A stretch of DNA of 64,000 bases, taken from positions 19,349 through 83,348 of the forward strand of contig DATMTA010000007.1 in the NCBI GenBank assembly GCA_035565055.1, read 5' to 3'. The notes beneath the pieces were generated by a model that saw nothing but the letters and a program-made list of their open reading frames with translations, was not told where the DNA came from and ran no database searches. Shown in pieces: positions 22,801-32,222 of the stretch (positions are counted from its first letter, which is position 1; each line of letters begins with the position of its first letter). This stretch comes from Ensifer sp. (GTDB taxonomy: Bacteria > Pseudomonadota > Alphaproteobacteria > Rhizobiales > Rhizobiaceae). Made by a program: the position numbers and the translations under genes.

Positions 22801-23379
22801 TCAGAACAGACGTTCGCGTACGTAGATCGTATCGCCCGCGAGAATTGCATCGGTGATGGCGACGCGCCCGGTCAGTACACGACCGTTGAGTTTCCGGGTA
22901 ATGTCGGCATTTGACTGCAGCGCACGCGGCGTAAAGCCGCCGGCCGCGGCAACAGCGTTCTGTACCGTCATTCCCGGTGCATAGGAATATTGCCCCGGCT
23001 GACCGACTTCGCCCATGACATAGATGGGACGATAGCGATCGACTTCGACAGTCACATCCGGGTCGCGCAGATAGCCCTTGCGCAATTGCGCAGCAATGGC
23101 AACCTCCAGTTCCTGCATCGTCTTGCCGCGCGCTACCACCGAACCGATCAGCGGGAAGGCGATGTAGCCGGACTGGTCCACGCTATAGGTGTTGGTGAGG
23201 CTTGGCTGATCGAAGACGGTGATCCGCAGACGGTCGCCGGAATCGAGGCGGTAGGGCGCCATGAGTGACTGGCTGAATTCTCCGGAAGCCGGAACAGCCG
23301 TCGTGTTGCACGCAGCCAGAGGCGCGGTCAGGGCGAGGGAGGCAAAGATGAACTTGCGTCTGCTGAGGTCGAGAGGCAT
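22801..23379 (-). CDS. uppC: Wza/OPX polysaccharide export lipoprotein
   Basis: Lipobox LAAC, YRLDSGDRLRITVF, GYIAFPLIG, SLBB VMGEVGQPGQY. Confidence 0.85.
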   Translation of the reverse strand: MPLDLSRRKFIFASLALTAPLAACNTTAVPASGEFSQSLMAPYRLDSGDRLRITVFDQPSLTNTYSVDQSGYIAFPLIGSVVARGKTMQELEVAIAAQLRKGYLRDPDVTVEVDRYRPIYVMGEVGQPGQYSYAPGMTVQNAVAAAGGFTPRALQSNADITRKLNGRVLTGRVAITDAILAGDTIYVRERLF

Positions 23380-23433
23380 CCCGCGGATAGCTCCGATAAA
23401 ATTGAAGTTGCCAATCTTATCGATCGATTAGGG

Positions 23434-23449
23434 TTAATACCGGGTAAAC
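23434..23449. promoter_or_regulatory. CtrA-box-like site TTAA-N7-TAAAC in the uppC/uppB divergent promoter
   Basis: One mismatch to TTAA-N7-TTAAC; extra TTAAC at 23529-23533. Confidence 0.4.
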
Positions 23450-23580
23450 CGCAGGTGACGACCAAGCCTTTTTTCGCAACCGTCGTCTAAGCCTAACGGG
23501 CTTGCTTCGACTGCGGAAAATCAAAGAATTAACGAAAGAGTTACCATACGCGTTTACGCTTCGCCGCAATTGTTACGTCT

Positions 23581-26109
23581 ATGGAGTGCGATATGTCGGG
23601 CGCAAAGCCGGGTCAGGATGTGGATATTGATCTCGGTCAATTGTTCCGGGCTCTTTGGGAGCGGCGGCTGAGGCTTGCCGCGGTGACGGCCGGTGTCGCC
23701 GTGCTGGCATTTGTCGGCACGCGCATGGTGGCTCCCGAATACAAGGGCGAGGCACAGGTTCTGATCGAGCTCAGGACGCCGGATTTCTCCGAGCGTGTTC
23801 AGCCCGCCAACAGCAATGCCGATCCGATCCTGGATGACCTCGGCATTTCCAGCCAGGTGCAGGTTCTGCAGTCGACCGATCTGATCAAGCAGGTGGCCCG
23901 CGATCTGAAGCTTTCGGAGCGCCAGGAGTTCGATCCCGCCGCCAATACATCCTTCTTCAAGCGCCTCCTGATTTCCTTCGGGGTGGTCAAGAACCCGCTC
24001 GACGTGGCGCCGGAAGAGCGTGTGCTGAAAACCTTCCGTGAAAAGCTGCAGGTTTATCAGGTCGAGAAATCACGCGTCATCGGCCTCAATTTCACGTCCG
24101 AAGACCCGAAGCTTGCCGCTGCGATCCCGAACAAGATGGCGCAGGTCTATCTTGCCATGCAGAGCGGCGCGAAGCTCGACACCGATTCGGAAGCCGCCCG
24201 CTGGCTGGAGCCGGAGATTGCATCGCTGCGCGAAAAGGTGAGCCAGGCGGAGAAGAAGGTGGCTGATTATCGCGCCGCCACCGATCTGCAGCGGACCGGA
24301 CAGGATCAGACGTTCGCGGGGCAGCAGCTGAGCAACGTCTCGGCGGAGCTGACGCGGGTTCAGGCGGATCTCGCCAACGCCAATGCGCGTGCCGAATCGG
24401 TGCGTCAGGCGCTCAAATCGGGCGGCGCAGTTGATACGATTGCAGATGTGATTGCCTCGCCCACGATCCAGCAGCTGAAGGCGCAGGAAGCGCAGATTCA
24501 GAACCAGATTTCCGATCTCTCGATGTCGCTGCTCGAAGGGCATCCGCGGCTGAAAGGGCTGCGGGCGCAGCTCGCCGGGGTGCGCGAGCAGATCAATGTC
24601 GAAACGAGAAAAATCCTGAAGAGCCTCGAGAACGAGGCGGAAGTTGCCAAGCTTCGTCAGGCCCAGCTGGTCGGCCAGCTGAACAAGGCGAAGACGGCTT
24701 CCGCAAAGGCGGACGACCAGCAGGTTGGCCTGAATGCACTGGAGCGCGAGGCGGCTGCGCAGCGCGATCTGCTGCAGACGTATCTGGCGCGCTATCGTGA
24801 AGCGTCCTCCCGCGCCGGCAAGAATGCAGCCCCCGCCGATGCGCGCGTCATCTCCACGGCGATCGTGCCGACGGAGGTCTACTTCCCCAAGGTCGCGCCG
24901 ATTGTCACCGTCGCAGCGCTTGCCGGGTTCCTCCTCAGCGCCGTCTACGTGATGCTGGCCGAACTGTTCAGCGGTCGCGCCTGGAAAACCGTCACACCGG
25001 ATGGCGCGCGGATCGTTGAACCCGCTCCCGTGGCAACTTCTGCCGAAAGGACGCGTCCGTCCCGGCTGCTGCGCGCCGTTCGCACCAGACGCGATGCTCC
25101 GCGCAAGCCTGCCGAAACGGTGGCGTCCTCTCCAGCCCGTTTGGCCGAAGCTCAGTTGTCGCCGGAAGTCGCTCCCGTTGCGGAGGGTGCAGAGCATTCC
25201 GATCTGCCCGCAGCGGCTGCAGCGACGGTGGCTGCTCCCGCACAGGACACCTTCGCAGATCCTGTCGCCGATGCTGCGCCCGCTATCATGGAAGAGAAGC
25301 CGGTCGAGCCGGAAGTCGAGGTCATCCCTCCCTTTACCAGCCGCGTGATGGCACGCATCGATCGGCCGCAGGAGCCGGCGGCCACCGAAGAGCAGCCTGC
25401 ACCAGCCGTCGAAGAGGTCGCGTCGTCTATCCCGGCGGCCAGCGCCTCTTCGGATGCAGGGATCGACGCCGATGACGTCGTGGCGGTTTCTCCCCTCGAT
25501 GACGAGCCGGACGGCAACGACTTTTCGGTCGCCTCGGTTGCGCGCTATCTGGCGGCCTCCGACAAGCGGATCGTCGCCTGCATATCTCCGACCGGTGACG
25601 ACGGTTCAAGTGCGTCCGTGGAACTGGTCCGCCGCATTTCCGGCCTTGGTTTCCGCGCCATCATCATCGACATGACGGGTTCGGCACTCCCCTCGCGTCT
25701 GATGGGCGACAGCACCAATCTGCAGGGAATCACGGATATCCTGGCCGGCAAGTCGTCGATCGCCAGCTGCATCCATGGCGACAAGTATTCCGAAGCCCAT
25801 TTCATTCCCCATGGCACGGCCGACCCGGCACGCGCCATGCGTGGCGCCGACCGTCTGACGATGATCGTTGGCGCTTTGAGCGAGGCTTACGAAAAGGTGC
25901 TGATCGAATGCGGCCCCATCGATGGTCGCAGCGCCGAGCGTCTGACGCGGAATGACAATGCCGAAATCGTGCTGTCCATGCCGGGCGCAAGCGAAGAGAA
26001 GATTGCCCGCATCCTGGCATCCTTTGAGGCGACGGGACGCGACGAGGTTATTCTGATGAGCAACAGCCCGCTGCCGCCCGCCGGCAATGGCGACAGTCAG
26101 GTTGCCTGA
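23581..26109 (+). CDS. uppB: Wzc-like polysaccharide co-polymerase with degenerate kinase domain (likely ATG 23593)
   Basis: DIDLGQL Wzz N-terminus, coiled coil, DARVISTAIVP..YFPK, second TM; C-terminal domain lacks the Walker A Lys and a Tyr tail. Confidence 0.8.
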   Translation: MECDMSGAKPGQDVDIDLGQLFRALWERRLRLAAVTAGVAVLAFVGTRMVAPEYKGEAQVLIELRTPDFSERVQPANSNADPILDDLGISSQVQVLQSTDLIKQVARDLKLSERQEFDPAANTSFFKRLLISFGVVKNPLDVAPEERVLKTFREKLQVYQVEKSRVIGLNFTSEDPKLAAAIPNKMAQVYLAMQSGAKLDTDSEAARWLEPEIASLREKVSQAEKKVADYRAATDLQRTGQDQTFAGQQLSNVSAELTRVQADLANANARAESVRQALKSGGAVDTIADVIASPTIQQLKAQEAQIQNQISDLSMSLLEGHPRLKGLRAQLAGVREQINVETRKILKSLENEAEVAKLRQAQLVGQLNKAKTASAKADDQQVGLNALEREAAAQRDLLQTYLARYREASSRAGKNAAPADARVISTAIVPTEVYFPKVAPIVTVAALAGFLLSAVYVMLAELFSGRAWKTVTPDGARIVEPAPVATSAERTRPSRLLRAVRTRRDAPRKPAETVASSPARLAEAQLSPEVAPVAEGAEHSDLPAAAAATVAAPAQDTFADPVADAAPAIMEEKPVEPEVEVIPPFTSRVMARIDRPQEPAATEEQPAPAVEEVASSIPAASASSDAGIDADDVVAVSPLDDEPDGNDFSVASVARYLAASDKRIVACISPTGDDGSSASVELVRRISGLGFRAIIIDMTGSALPSRLMGDSTNLQGITDILAGKSSIASCIHGDKYSEAHFIPHGTADPARAMRGADRLTMIVGALSEAYEKVLIECGPIDGRSAERLTRNDNAEIVLSMPGASEEKIARILASFEATGRDEVILMSNSPLPPAGNGDSQVA

Positions 26110-26121
26110 CGCCTTCGGATT

Positions 26122-27381
26122 TCAGTCTTCCTGCTCGGGGGCGGACGCGCGTTGCGTGTCCGCTCTGAACCGCTGGATCAGAGCATAGAGCGCACGGTTG
26201 CGCTTGATGGCGGCCTTCAGGCGCGTGGTGGCCGAGATGGCGAAGGCGCCGACGCGCCCGCGCAGGCTGACCGGGACCAGCGTGTCGAAATGCTGCGTTT
26301 CCACAGGGCACCAGCTTTTCTTGTAAAGCTGGTATCCGATACCGAAGTCGAACAGGGCGACCCGGTCCGCGCAGGCTTGTTCGATGATCAGATAGAACAG
26401 AAACTCGCCGGGGCTGGCGCCCGGAACCACATCGTCTTCAACCGAGCCGAACTGGCAGAGGACATGGTCGCCCTTGCGGGAGAGACCGGCAATCGCGACA
26501 ACCGTGCGATCCTCGTTGTTCAGCCTCAGGGCATGGAGACTGAGGGCGGTGTTCGGGGCCTCCTGCGATGCATGGGCAGCATCGCGGAAGAAGGCCTGAA
26601 CATGGGTGTCACGAAACGGGTTCGGCAGATGCAGGGCCTGCAGTCGCTCCGCCTTCTGTCTGAAAAAGATCGACAGAAGCGCATCCTTTTCTTCCGTCGT
26701 TTCAGCGATCACGTGTTCATAGCCGCCGACCGCCTCAAACTGGCGGATCGACTTGCGGTAAAGCTTGCGCTTTCGCTTGGCGTGTATCTGCTCGATGGTT
26801 TCGTCCATGGTGGGACGGACCGGCAGCTGATACGCCTTGTTCTGATTTTCGATGGCACCGCCTTGGAGCCAGGGAACCGATACGCCGCGCCAGGCTTGCG
26901 GCATGTTGGTGACCTGTATGAGGTCCGCACGGCCAGCCATCTGCTGACGGATCGAGGCGAATATGCCCTTGAGCTCCACCTTGCCAAGCCCCAGCGCAAA
27001 GCTCTCGTGATAGAGACCGGTATTCAGATTAGAGTGCTCCGCGCCGATGAAGCGTGCAATGCGCCCCAGATCGGTCGCGACGATTTCGAGTGGCAGGATG
27101 AAGACGATGCGTCCGCGAACGCGTCCAACCACGATCGCCAGTTCAGGATTCATGTTGGCGGCCCAGGCCTTGCACCATGCAAGCGACTGATGCAGCGAAA
27201 CATGCCGTCCCGTCTCGAGAATGCGCCATTCATGCTCGACAGGTTCAAAACTGTGATAGACGCAGATGTCGGGGGCAGGGCGCGCCCGTGATCCTGCGAC
27301 TTCCATCGGAATGGCGTTCATGCGGGTCAGGACATCCTTGTTCGCGGGGCTAACCATGAGGTTTGCAGGGGCGGTTGGCAC
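26122..27381 (-). CDS. uppA: GNAT acetyltransferase (CelD/BcsL type) of the upp cluster
   Basis: SPGEFLF, FDFGIG...YKKSW; convergent on uppB-like gene. Confidence 0.72.
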   Translation of the reverse strand: MPTAPANLMVSPANKDVLTRMNAIPMEVAGSRARPAPDICVYHSFEPVEHEWRILETGRHVSLHQSLAWCKAWAANMNPELAIVVGRVRGRIVFILPLEIVATDLGRIARFIGAEHSNLNTGLYHESFALGLGKVELKGIFASIRQQMAGRADLIQVTNMPQAWRGVSVPWLQGGAIENQNKAYQLPVRPTMDETIEQIHAKRKRKLYRKSIRQFEAVGGYEHVIAETTEEKDALLSIFFRQKAERLQALHLPNPFRDTHVQAFFRDAAHASQEAPNTALSLHALRLNNEDRTVVAIAGLSRKGDHVLCQFGSVEDDVVPGASPGEFLFYLIIEQACADRVALFDFGIGYQLYKKSWCPVETQHFDTLVPVSLRGRVGAFAISATTRLKAAIKRNRALYALIQRFRADTQRASAPEQED

Positions 27382-27495
27382 GCTTCTTCTCCCGGCTCTT
27401 CTGGACCGTTTGCACGATCATGCCGGCAGAGCGCCAAGGATTGGTTTATTTTGGGACTGGTTGCGGTTGATTTTCCGCTTTGGGTTAGCGCCTTC

Positions 27496-27726
27496 TTAAC
27501 GGCCCTTTGCCTGATCCTTGTCGTCGACCGGGCGCTCCATCCATTTGATGATGCCCATGGCCGGCGGCACCCAGAGGAGACCTCCAACCGCAAAGAAAAT
27601 CAGGTGTGACCACCACGGCGCATCCGCAAAGCGGGCTGAGGCAACCGAAAGAACGATCAGCACGTAAATGCTGAGGAAGACGATCAGTGCGATGAGGCCG
27701 ATCAGTTTTCTCAAGCGAAGGGGCAT
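27496..27726 (-). CDS. DUF2842-like small membrane protein
   Basis: MPLRLRKLIG, two TMs, GLLWVPPAMGIIKWM. Confidence 0.8.
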   Translation of the reverse strand: MPLRLRKLIGLIALIVFLSIYVLIVLSVASARFADAPWWSHLIFFAVGGLLWVPPAMGIIKWMERPVDDKDQAKGR

Positions 27727-27871
27727 AAGGTTCCGTGTCTCCCGCGATGCTGAGGCATGGCCGGCTTCCGGCCGGACAAAATCGGCGGAGAGCTGTCATG
27801 CGACCCTTTGGCGCTTGTAATGCACCGGCTTTGAGGGCAAATCAACAGTGGTTTCATAAAGGTGATGATCC

Positions 27872-28972
27872 ATGGCGCATGTCACGGCAGTACGACACGA
27901 AGCGACGAAAACCATGAGCGACGAGCGGAGACCCTTGCGCATCTGGCTGGGCATCGTTGTTCTGGCCTTGTTTGCTCTTGTCATGGTTGGCGGTGCGACG
28001 CGCCTGACGCAATCGGGTCTTTCGATCACCGAATGGAAGCCTATTCATGGCGTGCTGCCGCCGCTCAACGAACAGCAGTGGCAGGAGGAATTCGACCTCT
28101 ACAAGCGCATTCCGCAATATCAGCAGATGAATTCGGACATGACGCTGTCAGGCTTCAAGAGCATCTACTGGTGGGAATGGGCTCACCGGCTGCTGGCGCG
28201 CTCCATCGGCGTTCTCTTCTTCCTGCCGTTCCTCTACTTCGTCGTAAAGGGCAGGATCGAGAAACGGCTGCGCCTGCCGCTCTTCGGAATTTTTGTGCTC
28301 GGCGGTTTGCAGGGCGCGATCGGCTGGTGGATGGTGGCCTCCGGTCTGACGCAGCTGACAAGCGTCAGCCAATACCGTCTGGCCGTCCATCTGGTCATGG
28401 CCTGTCTGATCTTCTCTTCAACGATCTGGATCATGCGCGGGCTGACGCCCCATTCGACAGATGAAGCGCCACGGGGTGGGGCGGCATTTGCTGGCGTCAT
28501 CGCCTTTCTCGCGCTGTTCCAGATCTATCTGGGTGCGCTCGTTGCCGGCCTTCATGCGGGGCTGAGCTACAATACTTGGCCGCTGATGGATGGTGCGCTC
28601 GTTCCGGGTGACCTGTTCATCCAGAAGCCGTGGTGGATCAATCTTTTCGAAAACCCGAAGACGGTGCAGTTCATTCATCGCTGCGGGGCGTCTCTGCTGT
28701 TCGCGGCAGCTCTTGCCCAGGCGATCTGGCTCTTCCGCGTCGCGCGCGGCACGACCCATTGCAGGCGCGGCATCGTTCTCTTGCTACTGGTGACGATCCA
28801 GGCGGGACTGGGTATCGCGACACTTCTGACGCAGGTCGATCTCCACGCGGCGCTCACCCACCAGATCGGCGCGCTTGTGGTTCTCGGCTTTGCAATCGCC
28901 CATTGGCGTGGTTTTATCGGAGAGTATCCGAGGGACATCGTGCGCGGCGATCGCAACGCGGAACGCGTTTGA
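27872..28972 (+). CDS. ctaA: Heme A synthase (COX15/CtaA type 2)
   Basis: GGATRLTQSGLSITEWKP, EWAHRLL, YRLAVHL, QFIHR, ALTHQ. Confidence 0.95.
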   Translation: MAHVTAVRHEATKTMSDERRPLRIWLGIVVLALFALVMVGGATRLTQSGLSITEWKPIHGVLPPLNEQQWQEEFDLYKRIPQYQQMNSDMTLSGFKSIYWWEWAHRLLARSIGVLFFLPFLYFVVKGRIEKRLRLPLFGIFVLGGLQGAIGWWMVASGLTQLTSVSQYRLAVHLVMACLIFSSTIWIMRGLTPHSTDEAPRGGAAFAGVIAFLALFQIYLGALVAGLHAGLSYNTWPLMDGALVPGDLFIQKPWWINLFENPKTVQFIHRCGASLLFAAALAQAIWLFRVARGTTHCRRGIVLLLLVTIQAGLGIATLLTQVDLHAALTHQIGALVVLGFAIAHWRGFIGEYPRDIVRGDRNAERV

Positions 28973-29022
28973 TAAAACATTGATCGCGTGACGGTTGTGT
29001 CAGGCTGTGCTATGGAGAGCGC

Positions 29023-29250
29023 ATGAGCCTGATCCGCAACGAACGAACAAAGCTCCTTGCCAATGCGCTGGATCGCGCGTCGACGGCGTGTATTGTCGCC
29101 GGATTGATTGCGCCGGCTTCTGCCATCTCAACACGCTCTTCTATTGCCCCGGATTTATCTTTCGGGGCGAGCGTTGGAATCGTGATTTGGCTTTCAGCTG
29201 CGCTGATACTACATTTGTTGGCAAGACGAGCCTTGGGAGCGCTGACATGA
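29023..29250 (+). CDS. 75-aa two-TM hypothetical protein
   Basis: GGAGAG RBS; NERTKLLANALDRASTAC N-terminus of a small-membrane-protein type I associate with alphaproteobacteria (recollection). Confidence 0.65.
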   Translation: MSLIRNERTKLLANALDRASTACIVAGLIAPASAISTRSSIAPDLSFGASVGIVIWLSAALILHLLARRALGALT

Positions 29251-29360
29251 CAACGATGGAGTTCGTCTATTACGTCGTCTTGCCCTTTGCCTTCGTGCTT
29301 GTGGGGTGGATCGCCGTGCGCATCAACGAGCGTAACAATCGCACCCACCCCGGCGAATAG
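29247..29360 (+). CDS. 37-aa single-TM small protein
   Basis: ATGA overlap with the upstream gene; MTTMEFVYYVVLPFAFVLVGWIAVRINERNNRTHPGE. Confidence 0.55.
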   Translation: MTTMEFVYYVVLPFAFVLVGWIAVRINERNNRTHPGE

Positions 29361-29370
29361 CTTCCGAAGC

Positions 29371-30183
29371 TCAGCCCCAGCGATAGCCGGAATAGGGCTT
29401 TTCCACCACGATCCCCTTGAAGACCTGATGGCCGGCTTCGCCGCCGGCGCCGGCCGCGACCATGACGGGCAGGAAATGTTCCGGCGTCGGAAAATGGCAG
29501 GCGCGGGCGTCGGGATTGTCCCACCAGTGAGCCAGGCGCTTGTCGCGCTCGCCGATATCACTTGTCTCCAGCGTCTCTTTCAGCCATCCATCGAAGGCCG
29601 TCGCCTGCGCCACGTGGTTCGGATCGGTGGAACCGAACATCCGCATGTTATGGTAGGAGAGCCCGCTGCCGACGATCAGGATGCCTTCGTCGCGAAGCGG
29701 AGCGAGAGCCTTGCCAAGCGCGATGTGGAAGGCGGGATCGAGGTCGCTGCGGATGGACATCTGAACGACAGGGATCTCTGCCTCGGGGAAGGCGACCATC
29801 AGCGGGACAAAGGTACCATGGTCGTAGCCGCGCTCTGAATCCGTCTCCGTCGGAATGCCGGCATCCGCAAGAACCTTGCGCACGTGCTCGGCAATCGCTG
29901 GCGCGCCGGGAGCGGGATACTTGATTTCGTAGGTATGCGGAGGGAAGCCATAATAGTCGTAATACATGCCTGGCTTTTCAGCCGTCGAAATGGTGACGGT
30001 GCCGACATCGTCCCAATGCGCTGTGATCGCCAGAATAGCCTTTGGCTTTTCCGGCAGTTCGCCCTGCACGGATTCGAGAAATGCCCTCAGGTCAGCCCAG
30101 CCGCCAAAGCGGGTGTTGCCATCCATCACGTGCCAGGGGCCGCCGCCATGCGGAATGAAATAGACTGGTTGCTTCTGAGACAT
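29371..30183 (-). CDS. Class III extradiol dioxygenase (LigB/DODA/YgiD family)
   Basis: FIPHGGGP, ITAHW, YYDYYGFP, RGYDHG, GSGLSYHNM, PTPEHFLP. Confidence 0.9.
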   Translation of the reverse strand: MSQKQPVYFIPHGGGPWHVMDGNTRFGGWADLRAFLESVQGELPEKPKAILAITAHWDDVGTVTISTAEKPGMYYDYYGFPPHTYEIKYPAPGAPAIAEHVRKVLADAGIPTETDSERGYDHGTFVPLMVAFPEAEIPVVQMSIRSDLDPAFHIALGKALAPLRDEGILIVGSGLSYHNMRMFGSTDPNHVAQATAFDGWLKETLETSDIGERDKRLAHWWDNPDARACHFPTPEHFLPVMVAAGAGGEAGHQVFKGIVVEKPYSGYRWG

Positions 30184-30258
30184 CGTCGCACCTCCATCGA
30201 TCTGTTACCGATAATATAGAGATTGCGATTGTCTCCGCTACGGAGATTTACTGGATAG

Positions 30259-30281
30259 ATCGTTCATGATTCGCGAACGAT
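30259..30281. promoter_or_regulatory. LysR-type operator-like palindrome ATCGTTC-N9-GAACGAT
   Basis: Perfect 7-bp inverted repeat with T-N11-A core ~76 nt upstream of the dioxygenase start. Confidence 0.5.
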
Positions 30282-30283
30282 AG

Positions 30284-30673
30284 TCACGTCGGTCGGTGAC
30301 ACACCGCTTCAATATTGTGTCCATCCGGATCAAGCACAAAGGCCGCATAATAATTGGGATGGTAATGGGCGCGGATGCCGGGCGGGCCGTTGTCCGTTGC
30401 ACCGGCTTTGATGGCCGCGTCGTAAAACGCATCCACCGAGGCGCGATCTGCGGCCGTGAAGGCGACATGAAGACGCCCCTGCAGCGCGCCGCCGATTCCG
30501 ATCCAGAAGGACGGCTTGCCGCCGACGCCATAACCTGCGCCTTCGTAGGTCCCGCCGGTTTCCTCAGCGGTGACTTCCATGCAACGCGCGGCCCCGATCG
30601 TCGGCATCACGGCGTCGTAGAACGCCTTCGACTTCGCATAATCGGAAACCGAAATTCCCATATGATCGATCAT
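30284..30673 (-). CDS. VOC/glyoxalase family protein
   Basis: MIDHMGISV, HVAFTA, YYAAFVLDPDGHNIEAVC. Confidence 0.9.
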   Translation of the reverse strand: MIDHMGISVSDYAKSKAFYDAVMPTIGAARCMEVTAEETGGTYEGAGYGVGGKPSFWIGIGGALQGRLHVAFTAADRASVDAFYDAAIKAGATDNGPPGIRAHYHPNYYAAFVLDPDGHNIEAVCHRPT

Positions 30674-30711
30674 CGCGTCATCCCCTCCCAAGGCGTGCGA
30701 ACTCGTCGCGA

Positions 30712-31644
30712 TCAGGCGGCGAGCATCAGGTCCATGTTCTGCACCGCCGCACCCGACGCACCCTTGCCGAGATTGTCGAGCAGGGCCACGAGGTTGACAT
30801 GCGGCTGGCCCGGCGTGCCGAAGACGAAGAGCTTCATCGTGTCCTTGCCGGCAAGCTCGACCGCATCGACGCGCGGCAGCTTGGCGGAAACGTCAAGCGG
30901 AACGACTTCCACGATCGACTGGCCGGCATAGTGCTCGACGAGGACCTTGTGGATCGTTTCGACGGTCTGGCTGCCCTTGAGGTCTTCAAGGAACAGCGGC
31001 ACCTGAACGATCATGCCCTGCGGGAAACGACCCACGGAGGGCGAGAAGAGGGGCGGGCGGTCGAGCAGGCCGTGAACCTTCATTTCCGGCACATGCTTGT
31101 GCTTCAAGGTCAGACCGTAGAGGAAGTTGGGCGACGCGATGTGATCTTCGCGGCCCTCGTCCTCCATCTGCGCGATCAGGCTCTTTCCGCCGCCCGTATA
31201 ACCGGAAACCGCATTGACGGTCACGGGATAGCCGTCCGGAAGGATGCCGGCAGCGCGCAACGGCCGGATGAGGCCAATCGCGCCCGTCGGGTAGCAGCCC
31301 GGATTGGACACATGCCGCGCCGTCTTGATCTTTTCGGCCTGCGCCTTGTCCATCTCGGCAAAGCCATAGGCCCAGGCTGGATCGACGCGGAAGGCGGTCG
31401 AGGCGTCGAGGAGGCGAACGCTGTTATTGCCTTCGGTCATCTTCGCTGCCTCGATGGAGGCATCGTCGGGAAGGCACAGGATCGCGATGTCGGCGGAGTT
31501 CAGCATGTCCTCGCGCATCGCGGCATTGCGCCGCTCGGCTTCCGGGATGGACAACATCTGAAGATCGCGGCGTTCGGCCAGACGCTGCCGGATCTGCAAG
31601 CCTGTCGTGCCGTGTTCGCCATCGATGAAAATCTTCGGAGCCAT
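30712..31644 (-). CDS. argC: N-acetyl-gamma-glutamyl-phosphate reductase (type II)
   Basis: [34 protein letters not shown]. Confidence 0.97.
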   Translation of the reverse strand: MAPKIFIDGEHGTTGLQIRQRLAERRDLQMLSIPEAERRNAAMREDMLNSADIAILCLPDDASIEAAKMTEGNNSVRLLDASTAFRVDPAWAYGFAEMDKAQAEKIKTARHVSNPGCYPTGAIGLIRPLRAAGILPDGYPVTVNAVSGYTGGGKSLIAQMEDEGREDHIASPNFLYGLTLKHKHVPEMKVHGLLDRPPLFSPSVGRFPQGMIVQVPLFLEDLKGSQTVETIHKVLVEHYAGQSIVEVVPLDVSAKLPRVDAVELAGKDTMKLFVFGTPGQPHVNLVALLDNLGKGASGAAVQNMDLMLAA

Positions 31645-31795
31645 CTTGTTTGTCCTGCGCTTGAAGTAACCGTCTGCGGCGCAACGCGCTGCGTGACGCC
31701 TGATATATAGCGGCTTCTACAGGGCGACAATGGCGCTCATGTGAATGGAGGCATGTAAAAATGGAAGGGAAGAGGCGTTAATGGCCTTCGCCGTC

Positions 31796-32125
31796 CTATT
31801 CGCGCAGCACAGTGGAAAGCGCTTCCCACATGTCTGCGCCCGCTTCGAACACGGAGGCATTGGCCTTGTATGCCGTGGTCGTCTCGATCATGTCGACCGC
31901 TTCCTGCGCCAGATCGACATTGGAACTGTCAGGTAGCGTTCCGGTACCCGACCTTGCCGTCGTGGCCGAAACGCCACCACCAGCATTGGATTTCGTCGAT
32001 GTCACCAGCCGGTCGTATCCAGGCGTCAGCGCATTCGCCACGTTGTTCGCGGTCGACGCTGCGCGCTGCTGCTGGGCCAGCATCCCGGAGACAGCGGTGT
32101 TCATCGCATTGGAAATCGAGCTCAT
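31796..32125 (-). CDS. Orphan 109-aa flagellar basal-body rod-like protein (FlgC-like termini only)
   Basis: N-terminal AVSGMLAQQQRAASTANNVANALTPGY and C-terminal SNVDLAQEAVDMIETTTAYKANASV rod/hook signatures. Confidence 0.75.
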   Translation of the reverse strand: MSSISNAMNTAVSGMLAQQQRAASTANNVANALTPGYDRLVTSTKSNAGGGVSATTARSGTGTLPDSSNVDLAQEAVDMIETTTAYKANASVFEAGADMWEALSTVLRE

Positions 32126-32222
32126 GGCGTGCACCCGGATATTTGATCCGAACCATGATAGTCGAGCCGTGTAAGCAAATGCTGAAGTCGATCCGGCGCA
32201 TTTGAGCAAATGCGTCGAGGCT

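Noticed and set aside
27831-27846. FNR-like TTGAG-N5-ATCAA before ctaA
   Set aside because: Wrong spacing and a mismatch
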